This document shows, piece after piece, positions 18,321 to 27,093 of a stretch of 64,000 bases of DNA; the stretch's first letter is position 1; every line of letters starts with the position of its first letter. The stretch is taken from positions 23,944 through 87,943 of IMG/VR virus record IMGVR_UViG_3300005077_000747; one strand, written 5' to 3'. Position numbers and translations under genes: made by a program. This stretch comes from a virus. The notes under the pieces were generated by a model, which did no database searches, had not been told where the DNA came from, and saw nothing but the letters and a program-made list of their open reading frames with translations.

Positions 18321-19457
18321 CTAACCCCACAAGCGGCTCTTTAAGGTAATGAACGTCTCATGATCCAGGATTTTCTGTGCAAGCTGTTGGGAGTGTCCTT
18401 GAATCATCCGCAGGAAGAGAGCGTTAACTTCGTCCTGCTCAACGCGCACTAAGAACTTGCGCAAGTTGGAAACTTGATCTGAGGAGGGACCTCCGGGTAA
18501 CCGAGTGATATGAGTGACCAACCGAATGTAAGTTAAGTAAATAAGATCGGGACGATCGAGCATCTGGCTGAATACGTCTTCCCGAATTTTGCCTCCGAGA
18601 ATTTCTTCAGGCTGTAAAATCTTGCTCTGGGTTTTGAGGTTGGTAAAGAAGGATGCCCTGATGAGGTCACCAACGATAGCATCCAAGCGAATCCTGGCGA
18701 TGTCACTATCCAAGTTAAATCCACGAAACTGGATGGTATTAAGAGCCTGAGATGCAAATTCCGCAGTTCTAGGCGATATAGCCGTGGTCCCATTGCCTGA
18801 GCTCTTTTTCTTTGAATCGTCGGGGATGTCGACAAACATATCCGGGTAAGCTTTACAGAAGGCTGTCCATTCGGGATTGAAGCCATTCATGATCGCGTAC
18901 TCAATAAATTCATCTGTATCGAATTTAACCTTGATGGTCTGAATACGATCAGATTGAGCTTTATCAAGAGCGCGAGCCGCATACTCTTTGGAGCCCGCAG
19001 GATTGCCAGTAAGAACAATCCTTACTTCGTTCTCTAAGGGCATCGCGCCGACTTTGTAGTCCAGGAAGATACTCATCATGCTTTGAAGCACTTGAGCCGG
19101 CACCCGGTTGAAGTCATCAAAACTCAATATGACTTTACGGTCAGGCGATTTACTGTTCCGGATTTCAGTGGCGTAATTGTTTGCTTGCAAAGCCCAGAAG
19201 ACGGGGGCATAAACCGTGTGCCCGTTATCTTTCATAGGCATACCTAAAATGTCACCTGGCTCCGTCACAGCTGCGGCTGTATTGACTTCCACTAAAGGAT
19301 AGTCACGCTTCTCGCAAAACTGCCGCACGATAGAGCTTTTCCCAACTCCCGCAGGGCCCTCAATATTGCAAGTAACCCGCCGAGGACCTTCTGAGGTGAT
19401 GAGATCTAAAAGTTGGTCTACTTGTTTCAACGTTACGTCCAAGTGCTTCCTCCTCAA
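18321..19457 (-). CDS. MoxR-like AAA ATPase (copy 1)
   Basis: Walker A GPAGVGKSS, Walker B ILSFDDFNR, VLTGNP sensor; 45-50% identical by eye to 59860..60960. Confidence 0.7.
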   Translation of the reverse strand: MRRKHLDVTLKQVDQLLDLITSEGPRRVTCNIEGPAGVGKSSIVRQFCEKRDYPLVEVNTAAAVTEPGDILGMPMKDNGHTVYAPVFWALQANNYATEIRNSKSPDRKVILSFDDFNRVPAQVLQSMMSIFLDYKVGAMPLENEVRIVLTGNPAGSKEYAARALDKAQSDRIQTIKVKFDTDEFIEYAIMNGFNPEWTAFCKAYPDMFVDIPDDSKKKSSGNGTTAISPRTAEFASQALNTIQFRGFNLDSDIARIRLDAIVGDLIRASFFTNLKTQSKILQPEEILGGKIREDVFSQMLDRPDLIYLTYIRLVTHITRLPGGPSSDQVSNLRKFLVRVEQDEVNALFLRMIQGHSQQLAQKILDHETFITLKSRLWG

Positions 19458-19774
19458 GGTTTTGGATTTTATATTTAGGCATGCGCCTGGGTTCTCATTA
19501 AAACAGGTTGAGTGAGAACCGGGGCTTACTCACCGTGACATTCTCACTCAACCTTCCTCGGAGTGGTTTTTAATGCAAAAAACCCTCTGCCACTAAAACA
19601 CGCTTTTTAGTTAGTCGCAACTGTTACTCTTATCGAGAAGTAACCAACGCCGCTTGATGATGCTCAAAACCGGGAAAGCATTCTATTCTAACGGGAATAG
19701 TGACGTCTATTTTATGGAGATAGATCACCCCTACCATTACCGCAGGTAGGCCGCCTCTGAGGTACTAGCCGGCA
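19458..19774 (-). other. 317-bp structured non-coding spacer with perfect 14-bp inverted repeat
   Basis: AGGTTGAGTGAGAA-N22-TTCTCACTCAACCT plus GGTTTTT/AAAAACC hairpin; no ORF; absent from paralogous module 2. Confidence 0.4.
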
Positions 19775-20035
19775 TTACCTCATACTTTTAAATTTCAAGA
19801 CTGCAATTGGGCGAGTTAAACAATCGACTCGTTGTCGACAATATTCACACCAATCACCGGGCAGTCTAAATTCTGTTAAGCAGTTATGACAAATATGCAA
19901 ACAAAGCACTGAAGACTGTTCACCCGGAGCTGAGCCCAAAGAATTCATATAGAGCATACGCATCAATCTAGTATTCGGATAAACAGATGTCCAGCCGCAG
20001 ATTGAGCATTTAGATCCTTCAGATGTTTGATGCAT
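19775..20035 (-). CDS. small Zn-ribbon protein, CxxCxxR[LVI]xCL family
   Basis: CSICG...CHNC...CEYCRQRVDCLTRPIAV. Confidence 0.6.
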   Translation of the reverse strand: MHQTSEGSKCSICGWTSVYPNTRLMRMLYMNSLGSAPGEQSSVLCLHICHNCLTEFRLPGDWCEYCRQRVDCLTRPIAVLKFKSMR

Positions 20036-20040
20036 TCAAA

Positions 20041-21273
20041 CTAATACTCCATTGTTCTCGAATTTAACTTCATTCGAATTGTGTGACCCCAAGGCATATT
20101 ATCAGGAGCATCCGGTGTAAGTACCCAAACTATTTCTGGATCTGGGGGCCCGTGATGAAGGTCTCCTACATAGCCATCTGTAAGACAGATAATCTGTTCA
20201 CACTCCGGATAGTTTTCAGCAATATGAGCGAATGATGTCTGAAACATTGTACCGCCTCCCCCTTTAACCTTTGGAGGCGTTCCTTCATACACATATTCTC
20301 GTTGTAATTTTGCATCAACTTCGAATATGTGGATTAAGTATCCAATCCTTGCTAATTGCTCCACAACATTAAAACAGGCTCCGATTTCTTTAGGGCCCAT
20401 AGATCCTGAAGTATCAACTATTAAAAACAGCTTCCCTAGGTAGTCATGAATAACCCCCGGGATTGTATCATACCTCTTCGAGAATCTTCTCTTAGTGAAA
20501 GTCCATTCTTCCGAAAGTTCTGCTCTTTGGGCGGCTCGCAGGAATTCAAGTTTCCAATCGACTTCGGCTCTTACTTTATACAACTCTCCAAGAGCTCCCC
20601 CAGGATCTGTACCTGCAGCTTTAGCCGTAGCATACAATCTCCCGGAAAGCTCTTCAGCTTCAGTCTCTGAAACCTTTATTTCCCACTTATGATTCTGGCC
20701 GGCACCGTGTCTCTTGTCTTTATTGTCTCCTTTACCATCACCTTTACCATCACCAGCTTTGCCTTGCTGTTTTTTATTGTTCCCATTATTTCCACCCCCG
20801 TTTCCCTCTTTTTGGTGCTGCTGTTTCATTAATTGGTGAAGGTACCACTCGTAAGTACGATCCCAATCAAGGTTGAAGCTGGATGGAGTAAGTGCATGCT
20901 CAGGAAGGGGGAGGCTAGAGTGGCGCTGGAGGAAGCTATTAACAGCTAAATCCATTGCAAGATTTTTCACATCGGTCAACTGCTTCCCAGCTCTTGTAGG
21001 GTGCTGGAATAGAAAGTGTGCAACTTCGTGCAGCATGATAAATCGCTGATTGGTATAACTAATTTCCTTGTCAAAGAATTTGTCACCCAATCTAACCGTC
21101 AAACATTCATCAACAAGCAAACCAGCCGTCTCAACTTCTTTTGACCGAACGAAGCGACAACAAGCAAATACATGCCCAAAGAAAGGAAACTCTTTCGTAA
21201 GCCGCATTGAAATACGCCTCACTGCGAGACGTTCTTGATGGTTTAAAGCAGTGTCCGCCATTCTCCCTCCCAA
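20041..21273 (-). CDS. VWA-domain protein with N-terminal HExxH metallopeptidase-like domain (DUF2201-like; copy 1)
   Basis: HEVAHFLFQH; MIDAS-like DTSGSM; paralogue of 60971..62149. Confidence 0.65.
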   Translation of the reverse strand: MGGRMADTALNHQERLAVRRISMRLTKEFPFFGHVFACCRFVRSKEVETAGLLVDECLTVRLGDKFFDKEISYTNQRFIMLHEVAHFLFQHPTRAGKQLTDVKNLAMDLAVNSFLQRHSSLPLPEHALTPSSFNLDWDRTYEWYLHQLMKQQHQKEGNGGGNNGNNKKQQGKAGDGKGDGKGDNKDKRHGAGQNHKWEIKVSETEAEELSGRLYATAKAAGTDPGGALGELYKVRAEVDWKLEFLRAAQRAELSEEWTFTKRRFSKRYDTIPGVIHDYLGKLFLIVDTSGSMGPKEIGACFNVVEQLARIGYLIHIFEVDAKLQREYVYEGTPPKVKGGGGTMFQTSFAHIAENYPECEQIICLTDGYVGDLHHGPPDPEIVWVLTPDAPDNMPWGHTIRMKLNSRTMEY

Positions 21274-21281
21274 TATAAAAA

Positions 21282-21962
21282 TTATACGCCTCTCATATCA
21301 ACGGGCCATATCAGTTTGTGCAACTGGATTTGCAGCCGCGCAAAAGGCATTTTACTCAACACCCAGTCAGCTAGCTCTGGAAGAAGGATCTCATCCCAAA
21401 TTGGTGAGATCAATACCTCATTCTGAGGTGTTACAATAGGATACTGAGCGCATACATCCTGCGCGAACTCAAGATCTTCTTTAGTTCCAACTACAAATTT
21501 AAATTGATCTCCAGGTGTTGGTGCCGCTAGGTTAGTCCACTTTATATGCTCAGACATTCCTGATGATGGTGTTTTAATATCTACTACACAAACCAAGTTG
21601 GCTGGAGACTTTTTAAAAACCGCTAGTGATTGTGACCCATTGGTTTCAATTAGAACCGTCTTGTACTGTATTAATTTTTGACATGCTTCGACAAGTTCTT
21701 CCAGCTGTAATAAAGGTTCCCCGCCCGTAAATTCAATCACCTGGGCAGGGGAGTTGATACATTGGCTGATAATATCTTTTACACCCACTTCAGTACCTGA
21801 GTTCTTATCTTGAGCGTATTGCGTATCACAATATGTACAGGCTAAGTTGCACCCAGCAAGCCGCACAAAAAAGCAAGGTCTTCCGGCATACGTCGACTCA
21901 CCTTGTATCGAATAAAATGTTTCAACGATTTTCAATCTCCCCCTCCTTGCAAAATTGATCAC
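21282..21962 (-). CDS. queE: 7-carboxy-7-deazaguanine synthase (radical SAM)
   Basis: IQGEST..GRPCFFVRLAGCNLACTYCDT, TGGEP, ETNG, C-terminal W/RGV; matches QueE architecture. Confidence 0.75.
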   Translation of the reverse strand: MINFARRGRLKIVETFYSIQGESTYAGRPCFFVRLAGCNLACTYCDTQYAQDKNSGTEVGVKDIISQCINSPAQVIEFTGGEPLLQLEELVEACQKLIQYKTVLIETNGSQSLAVFKKSPANLVCVVDIKTPSSGMSEHIKWTNLAAPTPGDQFKFVVGTKEDLEFAQDVCAQYPIVTPQNEVLISPIWDEILLPELADWVLSKMPFARLQIQLHKLIWPVDMRGV

Positions 21963-22245
21963 TTCTAATTTTAGTTGATGCTACTCTTACAGTATAAGCT
22001 AAACATGTGACTCTATCAGCACACTTTGAACATCGAGACTTCCTGTCTACTCCTACAAATGTGCAATTACACATAACGCATTGAATTTTACAATTAAAGC
22101 AAGTGAAATCCTGGGCTGCGGCTATTTGCTGACCACAGCCCGGACATTCATAAATCCAATAGAACTGCCAATGACCTGCATTTTTAACTCGGGGATACAA
22201 TTCAATCATAGGGATCCCCCAGCATGAAATGCCTGGAACTCTCAT
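21922..22245 (-). CDS. small Zn-ribbon protein, CxxCxxR[LVI]xCL family
   Basis: CPGCG...CFNC...CSKCADRVTCLAYTV. Confidence 0.6.
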   Translation of the reverse strand: MRVPGISCWGIPMIELYPRVKNAGHWQFYWIYECPGCGQQIAAAQDFTCFNCKIQCVMCNCTFVGVDRKSRCSKCADRVTCLAYTVRVASTKIRSDQFCKEGEIENR

Positions 22246-22247
22246 CC

Positions 22248-22817
22248 TTACTCCTTGATATAGCCATTAATAGTGAGTTCCTCCTTAAACCTTCTTGCCG
22301 CACCTAGTACAGCTTTTCCATAAGAGCCCTTAAATTCTGTATTGTACCTACGTAGTCTCTTAAGCTGGAGGGTTTTATTATCTCCCACCCCCCTTAAGGC
22401 TCGGGCACCTACCTCGATATTAATTCGAGGGTCATCGATCCGCCACTTACTTAGTGATCCATAATGAATCGCCATTGGACCAAAATATGTCCCATCACAA
22501 ATTATTTGTCTCCTCTTGTTTCGAACTGGCTTACCAATTGGGCCATATCTAAATTCAGATACTTCATGGCCCCACCTAAGTTGACGGCTTTCAATATAAG
22601 CAACAGCAACAAGAAAGGACGGATCGACATTCCACCGCTTTGCGGCATCGACCATAACCTTTTTAGCCTCTTCAAATGTGAGAGGTTTATCAGTCGGCTT
22701 CATACGTAACAAGAAGAGCTCTGCATCATAGTATGCAGAGCTTATCTTGGCAAATCCAAATTGTGGAAGGCATACAACCATCATCATCATTACAACGAGC
22801 AAAGACTTTAATTTCAT
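22248..22817 (-). CDS. secreted SLT-like lytic transglycosylase / lysozyme-like protein
   Basis: N-terminal signal-like MKLKSLLVVMMMMVVCLPQFGFA; LVAVAYIESR catalytic-Glu context. Confidence 0.5.
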   Translation of the reverse strand: MKLKSLLVVMMMMVVCLPQFGFAKISSAYYDAELFLLRMKPTDKPLTFEEAKKVMVDAAKRWNVDPSFLVAVAYIESRQLRWGHEVSEFRYGPIGKPVRNKRRQIICDGTYFGPMAIHYGSLSKWRIDDPRINIEVGARALRGVGDNKTLQLKRLRRYNTEFKGSYGKAVLGAARRFKEELTINGYIKE

Positions 22818-23004
22818 TTCTCACCCCTGTGCTTTAGTATAGTCAGTCATAGGGGTTCCCCTGAGGCACTCCCTCCTGGAAGTATAAATATTTTAAGTAG
22901 TTACGACGCTTTCATTAGCGACGCGAACAAAGGGGAACCTAGTGGTCTTATAAAGACCCGAGGACTCTTTAATTCGTGCGCCCTCTAGTTGTCAATAAAA
23001 TGAC

Positions 23005-23244
23005 CTATTCGGTCTCTTCGAGGAGCTCGACGGGAATAAATATAACATCATTAGTAGTAGTGTCCTGACACCAGAAACACTCCTTCTCATGAATATCACC
23101 GGATCGAGTATCTCGAAACTTTACGATTGAACCAGTTGCTAACACTCTGAACTGATGTTCGAGTAGCTCTTCTCTATCGACAGAGTACTTTCCATCAGCA
23201 GTAATGGTGCGAGCAATACGATGCAGCACTTCTTTCTCTGCCAT
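23005..23244 (-). CDS. hypothetical protein
   Basis: Minus ORF 79 aa. Confidence 0.4.
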   Translation of the reverse strand: MAEKEVLHRIARTITADGKYSVDREELLEHQFRVLATGSIVKFRDTRSGDIHEKECFWCQDTTTNDVIFIPVELLEETE

Positions 23245-23309
23245 TTAAAAATCATTCCTTTCTTTCCAATAAGTCCAAAGAATGACAGCTATGAGGAAGA
23301 GTATGAGTT

Positions 23310-23489
23310 TCACTTGAGCCCCGCGAGCTTCATGATCACATCTACTTCCACATCAGTTGCCTTCTGTCGTTTCCTTGGAACATTACCAAAAAACTCAATA
23401 GTTTGGATGTATGACCCCTTCTTGAGTCTCGGTAAATCTGGTTGACATTCGATGGGATGCAGTCTACGTTTCTTCGTTTTAAGAGCCAT
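23310..23489 (-). CDS. small basic protein (start at internal Met MALKTKKRR)
   Basis: GGGGGG RBS 5 nt before this ATG; the longer ORF-track N-terminus overlaps the promoter. Confidence 0.4.
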   Translation of the reverse strand: MALKTKKRRLHPIECQPDLPRLKKGSYIQTIEFFGNVPRKRQKATDVEVDVIMKLAGLK

Positions 23490-23522
23490 GATTCCCCCCA
23501 ACCATTGATTTATTTTTATTAT

Positions 23523-23553
23523 ATTATAATGGCTTAAAGGGCTAAAAATCAAT
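23523..23553 (-). promoter_or_regulatory. sigma70-type promoter (TTGATT-18-TATAAT) with conserved AGCC-N6-AGCCAT spacer
   Basis: Minus-sense GCATTGATTTTTAGCCCTTTAAGCCATTATAATAT. Confidence 0.55.
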
Positions 23554-23606
23554 GCTTAATTAAATGGCTTTTAAAAATTCAAGACATTTAGAATCGTAGG
23601 CTGTTA

Positions 23607-24182
23607 TTATCCCATCTTAGAAGTTTCGTTCAAATCTTCAACTGGAACTAAACATCTATCCCGAGCGGCTTCCAAATGGACAATAGCGTCAGTGAGTGAT
23701 TGATGCTCATTCGGAAACAGCTCCGAAAAGCCTGGAACTTTTTTAGACACTCTTGAGAGACATCCACAAAGTGTTGAAAGAAGCTTGCTTAGGATAGATC
23801 TAAAGTGAGTCCCATTAAAGAAGGCGAGATCAAATTGATCTGCCTCAGTAATCAAAAACGTTGTTTGTGCTTTAAGAACAGTGCTTGTTAAAGTACCTAC
23901 AGGTGGGCAGGCATCTCCTCGAATAGGAATACACGTTACGTGAAATGTATACTCTGTCTTGCATTTAAAACATTTAAACCTTCGCGCATTCCAGCCGGTT
24001 CTTGCAAAACCTACAAGTGGGACTCTGATATGAGTCCCACAATCAGGACAAACAAAATTGACTCGAAACTGCCCACCCCGATTCCCCTTCCTTCTTCCAT
24101 TGTTGTAAGAAGCGTGTGAGTTCATTTTTAGAAAATACCTTTCTAGGCTGGAACAATCGGGGCAAGGTTTGGGAATCTGCAA
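23607..24182 (-). CDS. Cys-rich hypothetical protein (191 aa)
   Basis: CPDC, CPDCG, CFKCK, C..C pairs. Confidence 0.5.
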   Translation of the reverse strand: MQIPKPCPDCSSLERYFLKMNSHASYNNGRRKGNRGGQFRVNFVCPDCGTHIRVPLVGFARTGWNARRFKCFKCKTEYTFHVTCIPIRGDACPPVGTLTSTVLKAQTTFLITEADQFDLAFFNGTHFRSILSKLLSTLCGCLSRVSKKVPGFSELFPNEHQSLTDAIVHLEAARDRCLVPVEDLNETSKMG

Positions 24183-24895
24183 CCACTTCTAATATCTTGG
24201 ATGGTCCAATTCCGAAGCCAGGCTAATTGGAAGTGCATTGGATCAAATGGACTATTCCAAATTCCCCCCCATTCAAACCCTTGCTCCGCAAAGCATATAA
24301 CAAATTCTGGAGTCATGTCCCACTCAGATGCATTGTACGGATTGGTGGCTGCATTCAAATCGACTGCCATTCCATATGAATGGCATGATAAAAATTTCCC
24401 CGACTTTGCGTTTCGTACAACATAACAACCATCAAAAGTCTTTAACTGCTTTGCTATACCCCTATTAATTACACTCCTAATCGCAGCCTTGAATCTCTGT
24501 TTTATAGAATAATGACCCCAAAAACCGAACTTCGAAGAACCTAATCCCTTTACATGACTCAAATCACTTTTGAACTCGGAGAGGTCGATAAATATAATGT
24601 TTGAACCCTTGAAACTTGGTTCAAGAGGCGACCCAAAAGTACTTAAAAGACTGGACTGATAGATAATCTTGGGAACTTCAGGCTGTGGAAAGCTACTATT
24701 AAATAAGGCTTTCCATGTAAACTCCCCTACTACACCATCTGCACCTAACTTTTGGTCTTTCTGAAAATTAAAAACTGCAATGTAAGTTCCATCGCTAAAA
24801 TCACCGTCAACAATTTTTTTATAATAGCCTAACTCTTTAAGCCGTGACTGTACTTGGCTGACGTACTCCCCCTTCGAACCGTACTTCAGTAGCAT
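24143..24895 (-). CDS. endolysin: peptidoglycan-binding domain + M15-family (VanY/L-Ala-D-Glu peptidase-like) domain
   Basis: PG_binding_1-like YGSKGEYVSQVQSRLKELGY; SCHSYGMAVDL (HxxGxAxD) and DPMHFQ (DxxHF). Confidence 0.65.
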   Translation of the reverse strand: MLLKYGSKGEYVSQVQSRLKELGYYKKIVDGDFSDGTYIAVFNFQKDQKLGADGVVGEFTWKALFNSSFPQPEVPKIIYQSSLLSTFGSPLEPSFKGSNIIFIDLSEFKSDLSHVKGLGSSKFGFWGHYSIKQRFKAAIRSVINRGIAKQLKTFDGCYVVRNAKSGKFLSCHSYGMAVDLNAATNPYNASEWDMTPEFVICFAEQGFEWGGIWNSPFDPMHFQLAWLRNWTIQDIRSGCRFPNLAPIVPA

Positions 24896-25205
24896 CAGTT
24901 TGCCCTCCTATTGTTTCATATACCCTCCAATAATTTAATGAGTTAGTTTCAACTACCGGAGATCCTAAGCACTCAACTCTTAATATGCAGAACCTGCAAA
25001 AGCAAAAATTATTGACAATGCGAAATGTTATTCCACATTCGTGACATTCAAAGGATTTACATGCAAGCCCTCTATCCGAAAATTTTACCCACTGAACTTG
25101 TAACGTGTCGGCATCACAAACAAATGTATCTTTACCAACCCATTCATTATAAATCTTGACTAGGCTCTTACAATTCGGACAATACAGATCACAGGAAAGT
25201 CTCAA
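24837..25205 (-). CDS. small Zn-ribbon protein, CxxCxxR[LVI]xCL family
   Basis: CPNC...CHECG...CRFCILRVECLGSPV. Confidence 0.6.
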   Translation of the reverse strand: MRLSCDLYCPNCKSLVKIYNEWVGKDTFVCDADTLQVQWVKFSDRGLACKSFECHECGITFRIVNNFCFCRFCILRVECLGSPVVETNSLNYWRVYETIGGQTDATEVRFEGGVRQPSTVTA

Positions 25206-25216
25206 TTTGGCCTTCC

Positions 25217-25603
25217 TTAATGAATCGTCCCTTTAACTTCGGGCATTATAAACGTTGGTGGTCTATTCTCATTTGCAGTACTTGCCGCATTAGTTTCAAC
25301 CATTTGATTGATCTTAACAAAGACCGCAATTATATACTGCACCCGAACAAAAATTTCGGCGGCACGTACTAAAATTTCGGGAGGGATATTATCCTGGTCA
25401 ACTACATCACCAATGGATTCAAGAATTTCTAAATTGCGTTGAGTGCTAGCAATCAAGCCAGCCTCTTCATCTTTAAGCGACTCAATCTCTTTTATTAAAG
25501 AATCAAAGTGCTCACAAACACTTACAGTCCTATTTAGGACATCTTCAACTTGGTCTAATGCGACGAGAAACTTTTCTTGGAGTTCGGCCCAGGTGATCGC
25601 CAT
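25217..25603 (-). CDS. hypothetical protein
   Basis: Minus ORF 128 aa. Confidence 0.5.
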   Translation of the reverse strand: MAITWAELQEKFLVALDQVEDVLNRTVSVCEHFDSLIKEIESLKDEEAGLIASTQRNLEILESIGDVVDQDNIPPEILVRAAEIFVRVQYIIAVFVKINQMVETNAASTANENRPPTFIMPEVKGTIH

Positions 25604-25967
25604 TCAATTGCTCCCATGTATTTACGAATGCTCTCATTTCCTGCCTCGTAAATTTTTCTGAATTCGTCCCTCTTCGCCTCCTCGGATTACCACAACAAAA
25701 TGGGTTGCTACAAAAAACTTTCGTCTTTCTATACTTCCCTACTTCTGGTAGGCTATCTGGTTCATACCATTCAATAGGAAAACTTGATTGGGCATGATAT
25801 TTTTTCCATACCCTCAATGCTTTACAATTCGCAGTATTTAGCCTCTCGCCTCTCATTTTATTTTCCATATTCGTACAGGATTGTTTGTTTACGAAAGTAC
25901 TTAAGGGTCCATCGCTCAAAAGAACCCAAGCCATCCTGAGCGTACCGCTCAATGCATTCATTAGCAT
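25545..25967 (-). CDS. hypothetical protein (start uncertain)
   Basis: 140-aa ORF overlapping neighbours at both ends. Confidence 0.35.
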   Translation of the reverse strand: MLMNALSGTLRMAWVLLSDGPLSTFVNKQSCTNMENKMRGERLNTANCKALRVWKKYHAQSSFPIEWYEPDSLPEVGKYRKTKVFCSNPFCCGNPRRRRGTNSEKFTRQEMRAFVNTWEQLNGDHLGRTPRKVSRRIRPS

Positions 25968-26280
25968 TGTCTAATATATTGTAAGGGATATTATAGAATC
26001 GAGCCACAGGTATTCTGTAGGTACACCAAGGCACTCCAAAACGATCAGGTCCGAAGATGAGAGGAGCGCAGCTATAGTCAAATAGAGGCGCTCCTTCACA
26101 AGCCCTTGGGCGGTCAATATAACATGAACAAAGATTATTTTGTAAATATTTACACGCTGGTCCCAGCCAATGTCTATTAGGGAACTTTGTGAAATCAAGT
26201 TTATGGCAACAATACCCACATAACCCCACAACTTGATCATTTACAATCTCTGTACACCCTTTTACAAAATACAGCATCAA
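25858..26280 (-). CDS. YkgJ/UPF0153-like Cys-cluster protein (paralogue of 3562..4101)
   Basis: GLCGYCCH ... C..C...CEG. Confidence 0.5.
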   Translation of the reverse strand: MMLYFVKGCTEIVNDQVVGLCGYCCHKLDFTKFPNRHWLGPACKYLQNNLCSCYIDRPRACEGAPLFDYSCAPLIFGPDRFGVPWCTYRIPVARFYNIPYNILDNANECIERYAQDGLGSFERWTLKYFRKQTILYEYGK

Positions 26281-26465
26281 TTAAGCCTCATATATCGACG
26301 TAAATGAAAGAGGGGGGAAAGAGCCGTTCTATCATCTGTTAAGAATAACGGCATTCCCCCCTCATCATCCACTTCAAGATCTTCCACACACTGGTTATAT
26401 ACTTGTTTAAGATAACACATGCAAGGTTTTAAATGATGGAAATCCCTTCTCGCTCTGCGACCCAT
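26277..26465 (-). CDS. hypothetical protein
   Basis: Minus ORF 62 aa. Confidence 0.35.
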   Translation of the reverse strand: MGRRARRDFHHLKPCMCYLKQVYNQCVEDLEVDDEGGMPLFLTDDRTALSPLFHLRRYMRLN

Positions 26466-26523
26466 AATTCACTCCCTCATTCGTCGAAGTAGTTTTCGGG
26501 ACTCAACCTTGAATTTACTCTCT

Positions 26524-27030
26524 TTAAAAATCGGCCGAATCGAACTCATCTTCTTCAATTGGAACCTCCTCTACGTGGACTTCTTCAATAGGCATTGTCC
26601 GAGCGACAACTATGATCTCGCTATCCCTTGCAAGGGGCGAGGTCCAATAAAACTTTACAAGAACAAGGCATGGGTCATCATCTAAAACTCTTAATGCTCG
26701 ATACCTCTCCTTAGCATACTCTTCATCAAGCCAGAGATGCATCCCCGCGAGGTAGATTTGCCCATTAATTGCCTTTGCAAGCTTCTTATGTCGCACTCGA
26801 GACATCTCATTATAATAATAAGTTGCCTGTGTTTTGGTAATCATGTCTTTAAGGTAATGAGGAACATCTTCATTCGCCATTACCGCTCCCCCGATTCCGC
26901 TCTTCATAAAATGTGAAAAGTAAGGTCGATAGGCGCCCTCCATGCTTAATCGAATTCTACGTACAACCTTATATCCAAAACCTTTTTGATTTCGCTCACG
27001 CCCGACATATTTAAGACACATAAAACTCAC
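26524..27030 (-). CDS. hypothetical protein
   Basis: Minus ORF 168 aa. Confidence 0.5.
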   Translation of the reverse strand: MSFMCLKYVGRERNQKGFGYKVVRRIRLSMEGAYRPYFSHFMKSGIGGAVMANEDVPHYLKDMITKTQATYYYNEMSRVRHKKLAKAINGQIYLAGMHLWLDEEYAKERYRALRVLDDDPCLVLVKFYWTSPLARDSEIIVVARTMPIEEVHVEEVPIEEDEFDSADF

Positions 27031-27093
27031 TCCTCCTTTTTCTTAATCTTGACTTAGAATTAAGAGGAGCGGTAAATCTTTTTAGGATCCTGT

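Noticed and set aside
25971-26240. 89-aa minus ORF
   Set aside because: Lies entirely within the YkgJ-like gene 25858..26280 in another frame.
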